Shown here: piece after piece, positions 36,919 to 46,538 of the stretch
Layout of the letters: each line of letters opens with the position of its first letter
How positions within the stretch are numbered: the first letter of the stretch is position 1
Position numbers and translations under genes: made by a program
Origin: Actinomycetota bacterium
GTDB taxonomy: Bacteria; Actinomycetota; Thermoleophilia; RBG-16-64-13
Reading direction: 5' to 3'
Length of the DNA stretch: 64,000 nucleotides
Assembly (NCBI GenBank): GCA_016278725.1
Contig: JADQBG010000010.1
Span: 112,229 to 176,228 of the forward strand
The notes under the pieces: model-generated
The model's database searches: none
Told to the model about the DNA's origin: nothing
The model's input: only the letters and a program-made list of their open reading frames with translations

Positions 36919-37248
36919 TCAGCCCCCGCCGAGCAGCCGGAAGACGGCCATCAGCACCGAGCCGAAGACCACGGTGGCGATGATGCTGCGGGTCATGCGC
37001 GCCACCAGCAAGGTGGGGAGTGTCACCAGCAGAGCAAGGTTACCCGCGGAGATTTCCACGGAGCCCTCAGGAGCCAGCACCAGCGGAACGGCAAACGCGG
37101 CCAACACCGCGACGGGAAAGCCACGCAAGAAGCGGAGTAGCCGCGGCGGCATCGCCCGGTCGGCCAGCGCCAAGAGGGGCAGCGCCCGGGGCAGGTAGGT
37201 GACCGTGCCCATGGCCAGGATCGCCAGGAAGAGGTCGATTCCGTCCAT
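36919..37248 (-). CDS. azlD: branched-chain amino acid exporter subunit AzlD
   Basis: 109 aa with 3-4 TM helices, immediately downstream of azlC. Confidence 0.7.
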   Translation of the reverse strand: MDGIDLFLAILAMGTVTYLPRALPLLALADRAMPPRLLRFLRGFPVAVLAAFAVPLVLAPEGSVEISAGNLALLVTLPTLLVARMTRSIIATVVFGSVLMAVFRLLGGG

Positions 37249-38087
37249 TAGGGGCCGTCCTGGCCGGTCCCGGGCTCGGGTCCGATCTTGCCGGCCGTCT
37301 CTTTCTCGTCTGCCGGGAAGAAGAGGCCCACCGCGCTGGCAACCAGCGTGGCCACGATCACTCCCATCGTCGAATGCCCCTGCGTCCAGAAGGCGAGCGA
37401 AACCGCCCCGGCCACCAGCCCGATGGTCACTTCCCGCAGATGATCGGTCTGCAGAGCGAGCAGAGCCACGAACATGGCGATCAGCGCATAGTCCAGGCCG
37501 AAGCGCAGGGGATCCCCGACGAATCCGCCCACCAGTCCGCCCAGCAGGGAGGCGGTGACCCAGGAGATCTGGGCCGTTCCGTTGAGTGAGGCCGTAAAGC
37601 CGAAGGGCAGCGAGCGGGTGTGCGGCGCCGCGCGCATGCTCATGACGAAAGACTCGTCCGTAACCTCAGCCGCCAACCACGCCAGCCGTCCCCGACCGAT
37701 CGGCTCGAGATAAGGGGCCAGGGCGGTGGTGTAGAGCGTGTGGCGCAGATTGACCAAGAAGGTGGTCGTCACCAACGTCAGGGCCGAGACCCCCTGATCG
37801 AGCAGGCCGACCGCGAGGAACTGGGCAGAGCCGGCGTAGACCAGAACCGACATCGCCACTATCGCCCAGAGCGGCACGCCAACCGCCGCCCCCAGGACTC
37901 CATAGGCGAAACCGATGGGCAGATAGCCCAGAACGATAGGCAAAGCCTCACGCACTCCCCGCCGGGCCGACAGCGCCGCCCCCCCGGCCGCTTGTCGGCC
38001 GACGCGGCCGTCGCTTTCTCGAACCGTGCCCTCCTGCGGCGAGGAGGGCTCAGCGGGGGAACCGGCGGGTGTCGTTTGCTCATACAT
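37248..38087 (-). CDS. azlC: AzlC-family branched-chain amino acid permease
   Basis: 279 aa polytopic; LGYLPIGFAYGV...AGSAQF AzlC signature. Confidence 0.7.
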   Translation of the reverse strand: MYEQTTPAGSPAEPSSPQEGTVRESDGRVGRQAAGGAALSARRGVREALPIVLGYLPIGFAYGVLGAAVGVPLWAIVAMSVLVYAGSAQFLAVGLLDQGVSALTLVTTTFLVNLRHTLYTTALAPYLEPIGRGRLAWLAAEVTDESFVMSMRAAPHTRSLPFGFTASLNGTAQISWVTASLLGGLVGGFVGDPLRFGLDYALIAMFVALLALQTDHLREVTIGLVAGAVSLAFWTQGHSTMGVIVATLVASAVGLFFPADEKETAGKIGPEPGTGQDGP

Positions 38088-38318
38088 GCGGGGGGCTAGG
38101 ATACCGGCTCGGGCGAAACAACACGATCGCCCGCGACGCTACACCGAATCGAATCACGCCCAACCACTCTAATTTGCTTGCAATTTTTCTTGGAAACCTT
38201 AGAATCAGTCTGCGAGTCGAAAAGTTCTCTTCTTGATGGCGGCCATCAGCGTCAGAGGAAAGGACGGGGCTCGCACGGGGGATAGATACTCGGCCTATGG
38301 CCGGGGAGGGTCAGCTTC

Positions 38319-39362
38319 ATGAAACCTCTGAGCGGAGCGTTACGCTACCGGCTGCTAAGGGCACGCTACCTGCTCGCGTCCTTAATCGTCCTGGCGATCC
38401 TCGCCGGTGCGCTCTTTTACTACTACCTGGATGCCCGCACGCTCCTGCTCCCCTACTTCTTCCTACCCGTTACGGCCGGCGCGGTGCTGTCGGGCAGAAT
38501 CAAGGGACTGGCATACGCCCTGCTCGCCATATTTCTGGTGGGCGGCCCCGTGATGTTTTGGGGTAGCGAGTTCCTGCATCGCGGCACCGCGCACCAGAGC
38601 GATGAGTTGGCCGCGCTCGGGGCCTGGCTCTTCCTTCTGCCGGTAAGCGCTTTCATCGTCGGCCTGGTCTCGGAGTTGGGGGGCAACCGGCTGCTCGTCT
38701 TGGGACTGGGGGCCGACGCCATGAGCGCGGTCGAGCGCGAACGCAAGCGGATGGCCTTCGACATCCACGACGGCATCGCCCAGACCGCAAATACAGCGCT
38801 GATGCAGGCGGAAGTCTTGGAGATGCTCGCCGAAAAAGCGGATCCCGAACTGCGTTCGCAGATAAGGAGCGTGCGCGACACCGCCTCCCTGGCCGTCGGC
38901 GAGATCCGCACGATGATAGGTCAGCTGCGCCCTCCTGCCCTCTCCGCCTCGGAATTTCCGGCCACTCTGCACCATTTGATTGAGGATTTCGTCGAGAGGA
39001 CCGATATCAAGATCGAGTTCGACCTGGCAGCCGATCTGAGCGGGCATTCGGACTCTGTCCGCATCTGTGTTTTCCGGGTGATGCAGGAAGCGCTCAGCAA
39101 CATACAGAATCATGCTAAGGCCTCGCGCGCCTATGTCGGGCTGAACGAAGCTCGAGGAGGAGTCTTCTTGACCATTCGCGATGATGGAGTCGGCTTCGAG
39201 GTTCCGGCGCTCAACCAGCTGTTGGCGGTCACCTCGCAATCCCATCACGGGCTCGCGAGCATGCAGGAACGGGTGTGGCTACTGACCGGCCGCATCGAGA
39301 TCGAAAGCCGGCCCCAGGAAGGCACCGCCATCCGCGCCTTCATCCCCCGGTACCAGGCCTAG
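38319..39362 (+). CDS. membrane sensor histidine kinase (HisKA_3 / NarL-partner type)
   Basis: TM region, then H-box RKRMAFDIHDGIAQT, then HATPase_c. Confidence 0.8.
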   Translation: MKPLSGALRYRLLRARYLLASLIVLAILAGALFYYYLDARTLLLPYFFLPVTAGAVLSGRIKGLAYALLAIFLVGGPVMFWGSEFLHRGTAHQSDELAALGAWLFLLPVSAFIVGLVSELGGNRLLVLGLGADAMSAVERERKRMAFDIHDGIAQTANTALMQAEVLEMLAEKADPELRSQIRSVRDTASLAVGEIRTMIGQLRPPALSASEFPATLHHLIEDFVERTDIKIEFDLAADLSGHSDSVRICVFRVMQEALSNIQNHAKASRAYVGLNEARGGVFLTIRDDGVGFEVPALNQLLAVTSQSHHGLASMQERVWLLTGRIEIESRPQEGTAIRAFIPRYQA

Positions 39363-39371
39363 GGGGAGCCG

Positions 39372-40031
39372 GTGACCGTCGACCAGATTCCCCTCGACTA
39401 CCCTCTGCCCCTCGCGCGCGAGATCCGGGTGCTGATCGCGGACGATCACGAGTTGATCCGTTCGGCGGTCAAGCAGGCGCTGCGCGCGGCGGACGACATC
39501 CGGGTGGTGGGCGAAGCGGCCGACGGGGAGGGGGTGCTAAAAGCGCTGGAGGACCGGCAGGTCGACGTGGTGCTCCTGGACGTGCGCATGCCCCGGATGG
39601 ACGGCTTCACCTGCCTTGACCAGCTTCACGCGCGGAGCCCTGATCTATCGGTGCTCATGCTGAGCGTGGACGACAACCGCGACACCGCAATCGAGGCGCT
39701 GCGCCGGGGCGCCTGCGGTTACGTGCTCAAATCAATTCGCCCCGCTGATCTCGCCTCCGCCGTACGGCAGGCGGCGAGCGGCACCGTCTTCATGGGGGGC
39801 AGCGGCCTTTCCGACGCCTTCGCGCCCAAGCCCGAGGACGATCTGGATGTCACCCCCCGGGAACTCGAGATCCTGCGCCTGGTCGCCGACGGCAAGTGCA
39901 ACCAGGACATCGCGCGCGAGCTCCACGTCACCGTGAAGACGGTCAAATACCACCTGACCAACATCTTCGCCAAGCTCGGCGTCTCGAACCGCACCGAGGC
40001 GGCCTCCTTCGCGCTCAAGCGCGGCCTGTAG
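39372..40031 (+). CDS. response regulator, NarL/FixJ family (REC + LuxR-type HTH)
   Basis: IRVLIADDHELIR...VVLLDVRMP receiver; C-terminal TPRELEILRLVADGKCNQDIARELHVTVKTVKYHL HTH. Confidence 0.85.
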   Translation: MTVDQIPLDYPLPLAREIRVLIADDHELIRSAVKQALRAADDIRVVGEAADGEGVLKALEDRQVDVVLLDVRMPRMDGFTCLDQLHARSPDLSVLMLSVDDNRDTAIEALRRGACGYVLKSIRPADLASAVRQAASGTVFMGGSGLSDAFAPKPEDDLDVTPRELEILRLVADGKCNQDIARELHVTVKTVKYHLTNIFAKLGVSNRTEAASFALKRGL

Positions 40032-40187
40032 CCCCCGGCCGCCGCCCTCGGAGACGCTGACCCTAGCCTGGCGCGGCCCGCCAGATCGCGGCGGCCTGCA
40101 GCCCAAACCCGGACCTCCGACCCCCACTTTCGGACCCAACCCCCGCGAATCCCGGACCAAGACTGGACCCCAGGCGAGGGTTTTCGT

Positions 40188-40640
40188 TTGCGTGCACCTT
40201 TAATCTCATCGCATGGAGTCCGTGAACTGGGAGGAAGGTTGGACCGAGTAATCCGTGTTGTGGTTATCGATGACAATGAGCCCTTCAGGGATGCGCTTGT
40301 CCACCTCCTTACCCTCGACGGCTCCATCGACGTGGTAGGCGTGGGAACCGATGGGAGTTGGCTGATGCCTCTGTGCGAGGAGCTCCGACCGGACGTCGCC
40401 CTGGTGGACCTGATGATGCCCGTGCTCGATGGAGCGCTGGCCACCAGTGAGCTGAAAGAGCGCTTCCCTGAGATCGGGATCATTGTCTTCTCGGTCTTCA
40501 ACCAGGAACGCTACGTCCGGCGGGGGCTCGAAGCCGGGGCCGACCGCTATCTCGTTAAAGGAACCCCCCGACAGGAACTGCTAAGGAGCATCAAGTCCTT
40601 GGCGGCCGAGAAGCACCTGCGGGAGCGGCACCACGTGTAG
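40188..40640 (+). CDS. stand-alone receiver (REC) domain protein
   Basis: IRVVVIDDNEPFRDAL...VALVDLMMP...Y..KG CheY-like fold with no output domain. Confidence 0.65.
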   Translation: MRAPLISSHGVRELGGRLDRVIRVVVIDDNEPFRDALVHLLTLDGSIDVVGVGTDGSWLMPLCEELRPDVALVDLMMPVLDGALATSELKERFPEIGIIVFSVFNQERYVRRGLEAGADRYLVKGTPRQELLRSIKSLAAEKHLRERHHV

Positions 40641-40769
40641 GTCGGAAGCCAGAGCGGACGACGCCGGGCCTCAGCACCGCCAAAGGACAAGCGCCTGGGA
40701 CTGACGACGCAAAGGCCTTCCGGGGAGAAGCGGAGATTTCGAGAGATTGACGGGAGGAGGTGACAAGAA

Positions 40770-40946
40770 ATGTTGGAGCTTTACTGCAAAGTAGTTGCTT
40801 ATCTCAAGGCAGAAGATGGCGTCACCGCCATCGAGTACGGCCTGATCGCCACGCTGGTAGCCGTCGCCCTGATCGCCGGTGCCTATGCTCTGGGCGGAAG
40901 CCTGAACAATACGTTTCAGACTCTTTCCACGAAGATCCACGGCTAG
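40770..40946 (+). CDS. flp: Flp-family type IVb pilin
   Basis: 58 aa (below the ORF-track cut-off): MLELYCKVVAYLKAEDG|VTAIEYGLIATLVAVALIAGAYALGG... with the G/xxxxEY prepilin-peptidase motif. Strong GGGAGGAGG RBS. Confidence 0.8.
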   Translation: MLELYCKVVAYLKAEDGVTAIEYGLIATLVAVALIAGAYALGGSLNNTFQTLSTKIHG

Positions 40947-40955
40947 CCACAACCG

Positions 40956-40989
40956 GCCCGCGCCCGAACTGCAAACTTCGGGCGCGGGC
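40956..40989 (+). terminator. 13-bp perfect stem-loop (GCCCGCGCCCGAA-ctgcaaac-TTCGGGCGCGGGC) immediately after flp
   Basis: Perfect inverted repeat 10 nt after the flp stop. No U-run follows, so it is more likely an attenuator or mRNA-stabilising hairpin than a full terminator. Confidence 0.5.
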
Positions 40990-41007
40990 GCTACGACTGG
41001 ATAACGA

Positions 41008-41409
41008 ATGAATTCATTGAAGACACGAGCAATCGAAGATAGGGGAGTCGCCGCGGTCGAATTCGCGCTCGTGCTCCCCATCCTGCTCGTGCTGGTCTTC
41101 GGCATCATCGATTTCGGTCTCTACTACTACAACGACCTCCTCCTCACCCAGACCGCCCGAGATGCGGCTCGCTACGTCTCGGTTGGAGACGTAGCCGAAG
41201 CGAACGACGTCATCGACAACCTCACGGCGTCGTTGGTTTCGACCACGTTCACGAGAAGCATTACCTATCCCGCCGGTGTTGAGGACCAAGGTGCAGAGGC
41301 AACCGTTGCCCTGACGGGCACCTACAAGACGCTCACTCCCCTTCCGCAACTCGCGGGCCTGGGCGAGACCTTCGCCATCAACGCTACGGCGAAGATGAGG
41401 CGCGAGTAA
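41008..41409 (+). CDS. tadE: TadE-like minor pilin / pilus assembly protein
   Basis: N-terminal AAVEFALVLPILLVLVFGIIDFG TadE motif; 133 aa. Confidence 0.75.
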   Translation: MNSLKTRAIEDRGVAAVEFALVLPILLVLVFGIIDFGLYYYNDLLLTQTARDAARYVSVGDVAEANDVIDNLTASLVSTTFTRSITYPAGVEDQGAEATVALTGTYKTLTPLPQLAGLGETFAINATAKMRRE

Positions 41410-41410
41410 C

Positions 41411-42961
41411 TTGAGCCCGGTCCACCGAAAAGTCCAGAGGGCCCCTGCCGAAGAATCCGGAGCTGTCGCCATCATTGTCGCCCTCCTCCTTGTCGCCTTT
41501 CTGGCGCTGGTCGCGCTGGTCGTCGATCTTGGCGGCCTCTACGATCACGACCGCGACCTGCAAACCGCGGCGGACGCGGGTGCCCTGGCCGGAGCTCAGG
41601 AGCTCATCTACAGCCAAGGGTCGATAGCCGACGCCTCGGCGATGGCGACGGACTACGTCAACAGGAACGCGGCCGACAGTAACGTGGCTGCCGATGGACT
41701 GGTTCCTTGGAGTCCCAACGTGAGCGCGCGGTCTGTCGAGGTTAACCTGCGCGAGGAGGGCGTGCCCTTCTTCTTCGCCCCAATCATCGGCGAGACCGAA
41801 GGGACGGTGACCGCCCATGCCAAAGCGGAAGTCGTCTATCTCACATCAGTGAACCACGTGCTGCCCCTGGCCATCCCGTACATGCATCCAGAGCGCTTCC
41901 GGGTTGTCTACCGCGGGACAGGGATCAAATACGAGATCACGAATCCCAACCATGACGATAACGAGAACGACGATGGTGTGTACTCAGGCGGGAAGCCCCT
42001 CGACAGCCTGCCGGGACCCGGCGCGTACCTCATCGACCTGGAAGCCCTAGACGCAGAGAGCGGGGACCCTGTCTTCACGTGGCCGGGGGTTGGCCTCTGG
42101 CGGGTGTTCGGCGAACCAGAGCTGATCACATCCATGGAGATCCAGCGCTCCGGAGATAGCTTCTCAATTTCGGTCGAAACCCCCGGCAGCCTCGATCTTT
42201 CTCAGCTCGGAGGCCGGGTGGGTGGATCGAATTTCACCCTCACAAGAAACATGACTGCCTACCCGGTAGGTTCAGCCAATGCCATTTACCAGGCGAGCGC
42301 GATCACTATCCCCACCCAGCACATCCGAGAAGGCTGGGGCACGGTCGACGTGACGATTACCGACCGCGAGCTCCAACTGCTGGACGAGCGCGTCGCCCGC
42401 TTCTATGTCTCGCGGATGCCGTTCCCGATCTATGACTTTGAACAGACGATGCCGGCCGGCTACGGTGTGCCCGAACCGGGGGACTCTCTTTCCATCGGCG
42501 CCGAGGTGACCGTCAGGGTGCTGAAGTTCAACGAGCTGACGGAGCTCAAGGTGAACATGAATACGACCGGCGAGTGGAGCGGCAACGAATTCTGGGCCGA
42601 CATCTATAGCGACGTCAGTAACCTGTCCGACGAACTCGGCGCCCCCGGAGAAGACCCATACTTCCCGCTCGAGATTGGCAGCCGACTCAAGTCAGAAACG
42701 GGACGCATGGTCGGACAGATCGACATGGATCACCTTATTGGAGAGACCGTGATCGTCCCGATAGTCGACCCCACGAGCTTCCCCGGCCAGAGCGACACTT
42801 GGCGAATCCAGTCTTTCGCTCCATTCCGCATCGACAGTTACACGGCTACCGGCCAAGGAACCGAGGTGATTGGCGAGTTCGTGCACGGGCTGTCGAACGG
42901 GGAGTGGCAATTGGAGCCTCCCGGGGGGCTGTATGTAGAATCAGCGGTCCTGATCGAATAG
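41411..42961 (+). CDS. tadG: TadG-like pilus assembly protein (Tad_N N-terminus) with large uncharacterised C-terminal region
   Basis: GAVAIIVALLLVAFLALVALVVDLGGLY...AADAGALAGAQEL Tad_N motif. The remaining ~430 aa have no recognisable domain. Confidence 0.6.
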   Translation: MSPVHRKVQRAPAEESGAVAIIVALLLVAFLALVALVVDLGGLYDHDRDLQTAADAGALAGAQELIYSQGSIADASAMATDYVNRNAADSNVAADGLVPWSPNVSARSVEVNLREEGVPFFFAPIIGETEGTVTAHAKAEVVYLTSVNHVLPLAIPYMHPERFRVVYRGTGIKYEITNPNHDDNENDDGVYSGGKPLDSLPGPGAYLIDLEALDAESGDPVFTWPGVGLWRVFGEPELITSMEIQRSGDSFSISVETPGSLDLSQLGGRVGGSNFTLTRNMTAYPVGSANAIYQASAITIPTQHIREGWGTVDVTITDRELQLLDERVARFYVSRMPFPIYDFEQTMPAGYGVPEPGDSLSIGAEVTVRVLKFNELTELKVNMNTTGEWSGNEFWADIYSDVSNLSDELGAPGEDPYFPLEIGSRLKSETGRMVGQIDMDHLIGETVIVPIVDPTSFPGQSDTWRIQSFAPFRIDSYTATGQGTEVIGEFVHGLSNGEWQLEPPGGLYVESAVLIE

Positions 42962-43004
42962 TGAGAAAAGTGAGCGCCAACAGCAGCAAGCGGGAGGAGC
43001 AGTA

Positions 43005-43904
43005 ATGGGAAAACGCAGAGCAATAGCCTTGATCGGGGCCGTGGTGCTGGCGCTGGCCGCCGCCGGCCTCGCATTTTGGTATGTGTCCAATGTGCGGACC
43101 GAGGCCGTGGAGCAAGAGGACACGGTCATGGTTCTGGTGGCGGCCGAGGACATCCCCGCCCGCACCAGCGGTGAAGCCGTGGTTTCGAACAACCTGGTCG
43201 CACAGGAGGAAGTTCCGCGGCGCCTCGTGGTGCCCGGCGCCCTGGCAAGTGAGACCGACCTGCAGGACCGGGTGCTGTTAGCCAGCGTGAGCAAGGGCCA
43301 GCAACTGGTGTCCTCACAGCTGGCCGCTCCGGAAACAGAGAGCCTGGCCTTCCGCATCAAGAATGGGATGCGGGCGGTTTCGGTCACCATCGATCGAGCC
43401 CGGGCCGTGGCCGGCCTGATACAGCCGGGAGACCGGGTGGACGTGGTCGCCACCTTCGACTATGAGATCTTCAACCAGGGTAGCGCCACCCTGGGGCAAG
43501 TAATCCCCAAAGAAGAAGTGGCCAGAGTCAAATCTGAGTCGGGCATCGACCTGAACGCCAGCAAGTCCTCCGTCACCCGGACGATCCTGCAGCAGGCTGA
43601 AGTTCTGCACATCGACCCGCCCGACCAGCTCGCCGCCGACACCCGTAGAGCCACGGAAGCCGAGGGCGACACCGAAGCGCAGGCGCCCGACCTGCCGGTC
43701 GCGGTTCTCATGGTGAGCCCGCTCGACGCCGAGAAACTTATCTTCGCCGAAGAGATGGGTGTGGTCGCCTTCTCCCTGGTGCCCGCCGAGGACACCCAAA
43801 GGGTAAGCACCCCGGGCCGCATGCTGGGCAACGAGTTCTCCCCCACCCCCCAACCTGAGCCCACCGAAGCCAAGCCGGTGGCAGCCGTCTCGACCAAGCA
43901 GTAG
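43005..43904 (+). CDS. cpaB: Flp pilus assembly protein CpaB/RcpC
   Basis: N-terminal TM, then SAF/CpaB beta-domain (IKNGMRAVSVTIDRARAVAGLIQPGDRVDVV). Confidence 0.7.
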   Translation: MGKRRAIALIGAVVLALAAAGLAFWYVSNVRTEAVEQEDTVMVLVAAEDIPARTSGEAVVSNNLVAQEEVPRRLVVPGALASETDLQDRVLLASVSKGQQLVSSQLAAPETESLAFRIKNGMRAVSVTIDRARAVAGLIQPGDRVDVVATFDYEIFNQGSATLGQVIPKEEVARVKSESGIDLNASKSSVTRTILQQAEVLHIDPPDQLAADTRRATEAEGDTEAQAPDLPVAVLMVSPLDAEKLIFAEEMGVVAFSLVPAEDTQRVSTPGRMLGNEFSPTPQPEPTEAKPVAAVSTKQ

Positions 43905-43912
43905 GAGCAGGT

Positions 43913-45130
43913 ATGCCTGAAGCAAATAGCAACGGTCAGCGGAGTCCGCGGATTCTGGTCGCGGGAAGCAGCGCGGAGCTGCGGGAAGGCCTCCGAAACG
44001 TGCTGCGCGAACACCCATCGCACCCCGAGGTCTTCGAGGCCGCCGATTCCGACAGCACGCTGGCCATAGCCCAAGAGCAGCGCCCGGACGTCATCCTGGT
44101 GGACGTGGGACTCGGTCCGGTCGATGGCTTCGAGACGGTTCGCAATCTGATCGCCTCGGTGCCCGGCACCAGCGTGCTGCTACTGGCCAACCGGCTCGAG
44201 CACGAGGACTTCCGCCGCGCCCTGCAGGTGGGGGCACGCGACATGCTCCAGGTGCCGGTCACCCGTGAAGACCTCTTTGCCTCTATCGACGCGGCGCTTG
44301 CCGTCAGCCTGGGCAAGCGCACGGCCCTCGAGGGCTATAACGCGGCCGAGGCCGAGCCCCAGCGGGCCATGGGACTTGCCGTCTTCAGTACCAAGGGCGG
44401 CACGGGCAAGACCTTCATCGCCACCAACGTGGCCGCCGGTTTGGCCCAGGCCGGTAAACGGGTGGCTCTGCTCGACTTCGATCTGCAATTCGGCGACGCC
44501 GCCATCGCCCTGGGTCTGGTCCCGGAACGAACCATCTACGATCTGGTGCAGACCTACACGGAACTCGACGAACAGCTGGTCAAGGAGTTCATGCTGCCCC
44601 ACGTTTCGGGCCTGCAACTGCTGCCGGCGCCGCTATTCCCCGATCAGGCCGAAGAGATCACCCCGGGAGACATCAAACGCGTGCTGGAAGCGGTCGGCGG
44701 TGCCTTCGACTACGTGGTGATCGACAGTCCTCCCTTCTTCGAGGAACGCATCCTGATCGCCCTGGAGTGGGCCGACACGGTAATCCACATTGGCAGCATG
44801 GACCTGCCAAGCATCAAGAACATGAAGGTCTCCTTCGGCGCGATGGACGCGATCGGCCACCCGCGGGAGAAGATCCGGCTGGTGATGAACCGGGCCGACT
44901 CCCGGGTCGGGCTCGAAATAGCCGACTGCGAAAAGCACCTGGGGATGACGGTCCAGCACAGCATTCCGAGTTCCATCGAAGTTCCCCGAGCGCTGAACTC
45001 GGGAGAGGTCGTGCTGCTCAGCCGGCCGGGGTCGCGCGTCGCGCGGGAGCTTGCCGGGATCATAAGCGTATTCGAGCAGGTGGAAGCCAACGGCAAGCGC
45101 CGCGGGCTCAGCCGGCTCAGGCGAAGCTAA
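43913..45130 (+). CDS. cpaE: CpaE/TadZ pilus-assembly ATPase-like protein (REC-like N-domain + MinD/ParA-type domain)
   Basis: RILVAGSSAELREGL...VILVDVG receiver-like N-domain, then VFSTKGGTGKTFIATNVAA deviant Walker A. Confidence 0.75.
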   Translation: MPEANSNGQRSPRILVAGSSAELREGLRNVLREHPSHPEVFEAADSDSTLAIAQEQRPDVILVDVGLGPVDGFETVRNLIASVPGTSVLLLANRLEHEDFRRALQVGARDMLQVPVTREDLFASIDAALAVSLGKRTALEGYNAAEAEPQRAMGLAVFSTKGGTGKTFIATNVAAGLAQAGKRVALLDFDLQFGDAAIALGLVPERTIYDLVQTYTELDEQLVKEFMLPHVSGLQLLPAPLFPDQAEEITPGDIKRVLEAVGGAFDYVVIDSPPFFEERILIALEWADTVIHIGSMDLPSIKNMKVSFGAMDAIGHPREKIRLVMNRADSRVGLEIADCEKHLGMTVQHSIPSSIEVPRALNSGEVVLLSRPGSRVARELAGIISVFEQVEANGKRRGLSRLRRS

Positions 45131-45147
45131 GAGGGGAGTGAGGGCAG

Positions 45148-46530
45148 ATGGGCCTCATGGAGCGAATGGGCGAGGCGGGCAACGGCTCCGGTAGCAGCAC
45201 AGGCGCCGAAGAGAGCCGCTCGCAGCGCACCGAGTTGGCGGCCGGCCGGCGCGAAGAACTGATCACCACGGTGCACAGTGCGGTGGTTTCGGACCTGGGT
45301 GCCCGCCTCTACCGCGGGGATCTGCAGGGGCCGGAGCTGCAACGGCGCGTGCGTCAGGCGGTGGAAGAGAAGCTCGCCGCCGAGGGCGTGCCTCTGCCGC
45401 GAAGCGAGCGCGTCGAACTGGTCGACGCCTTGGTGGCCGAGATCATCGGCTACGGGCCCATCGAGGAGTTCCTCAAGGACCCGACCGTGACCGAGGTCAT
45501 GGTCAACACGCACAAGCACGTCTACATCGAGCGCGACGGCAAGATCGTGGAGACGGACAAGCGTTTCCGCGACGACGGCCACCTGCGCCGGATCATCCAG
45601 AAGATCGTGGGCCAGGTGGGACGCCGGGTGGACGAGTCCTCCCCCTACGTCGACGCCCGCCTGCCCGACGGTTCCCGGGTGAACGTGGTGCTGCCGCCGC
45701 TTTCCGTGCGGGGGCCTGCGCTCACCATCCGTAAGTTTTCGGCCGAGCCCTTCCGCGCCGATGACCTGGTCGAGCTCGACACGATGACCGAGCAGGCGGC
45801 CAAGTTCCTCTCCGCCTGTGTGAAGGGGCGACTCAACATCCTGGTCAGCGGGGGAACCGGCGCAGGCAAGACGACCACGCTGAACGTGCTTTCCAGCTTC
45901 ATCCCACTCGCGGAGCGCATCATCACCATCGAAGACGCGGCCGAACTCAAGCTGGATCACGAGCACATCGTCAGCCTGGAATACCGCCCGCCCAACATCG
46001 AGGGGCGGGGCGAGGTCACGATCCGCGACCTGGTGCGCAACGCCCTGCGCATGCGTCCCGACCGCATCATCGTGGGCGAGATCCGCGGCGGCGAGGCCCT
46101 CGACATGCTCCAGGCCATGAACACCGGGCACGACGGCTCGCTCTCCACGGTTCACTCCAACTCTCCGCGGGACGCGCTTTCCCGGGTCGAGACCATGGTG
46201 CTCATGGCCGGGGTCGATCTGCCGGTGCGGGCCATTCGGGAACAGGCCTCGAGGGCCATCGACCTGGTGGTTCACCAGAGCCGACTCAACGACGGCAGCC
46301 GGCGGCTCACCCACATCACCGAAGTACAGTCCATGGAGGGCGACGTGGTCACCATGCAGAACCTCTTCGTCTTCGACTACGAAGCGGGACTCGATGAGAA
46401 CGGCAAGCACCAGGGTCGCCTGAAAAGCACCGGTATCCGGCCCAGCTTCCTTCCGCGGCTCAAGGAGCGGGGCGTGGTGGTGAGCGAGGACGTCTTCGCC
46501 TTCGAGACCTTCGACTCGTCCTTCGTGTAG
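45148..46530 (+). CDS. cpaF: CpaF/TadA secretion ATPase
   Basis: [16 protein letters not shown] Walker A, GEIRGGEA, and His/Asp boxes of the VirB11/CpaF family. Confidence 0.85.
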   Translation: MGLMERMGEAGNGSGSSTGAEESRSQRTELAAGRREELITTVHSAVVSDLGARLYRGDLQGPELQRRVRQAVEEKLAAEGVPLPRSERVELVDALVAEIIGYGPIEEFLKDPTVTEVMVNTHKHVYIERDGKIVETDKRFRDDGHLRRIIQKIVGQVGRRVDESSPYVDARLPDGSRVNVVLPPLSVRGPALTIRKFSAEPFRADDLVELDTMTEQAAKFLSACVKGRLNILVSGGTGAGKTTTLNVLSSFIPLAERIITIEDAAELKLDHEHIVSLEYRPPNIEGRGEVTIRDLVRNALRMRPDRIIVGEIRGGEALDMLQAMNTGHDGSLSTVHSNSPRDALSRVETMVLMAGVDLPVRAIREQASRAIDLVVHQSRLNDGSRRLTHITEVQSMEGDVVTMQNLFVFDYEAGLDENGKHQGRLKSTGIRPSFLPRLKERGVVVSEDVFAFETFDSSFV

Positions 46531-46538
46531 GAGGCCAG

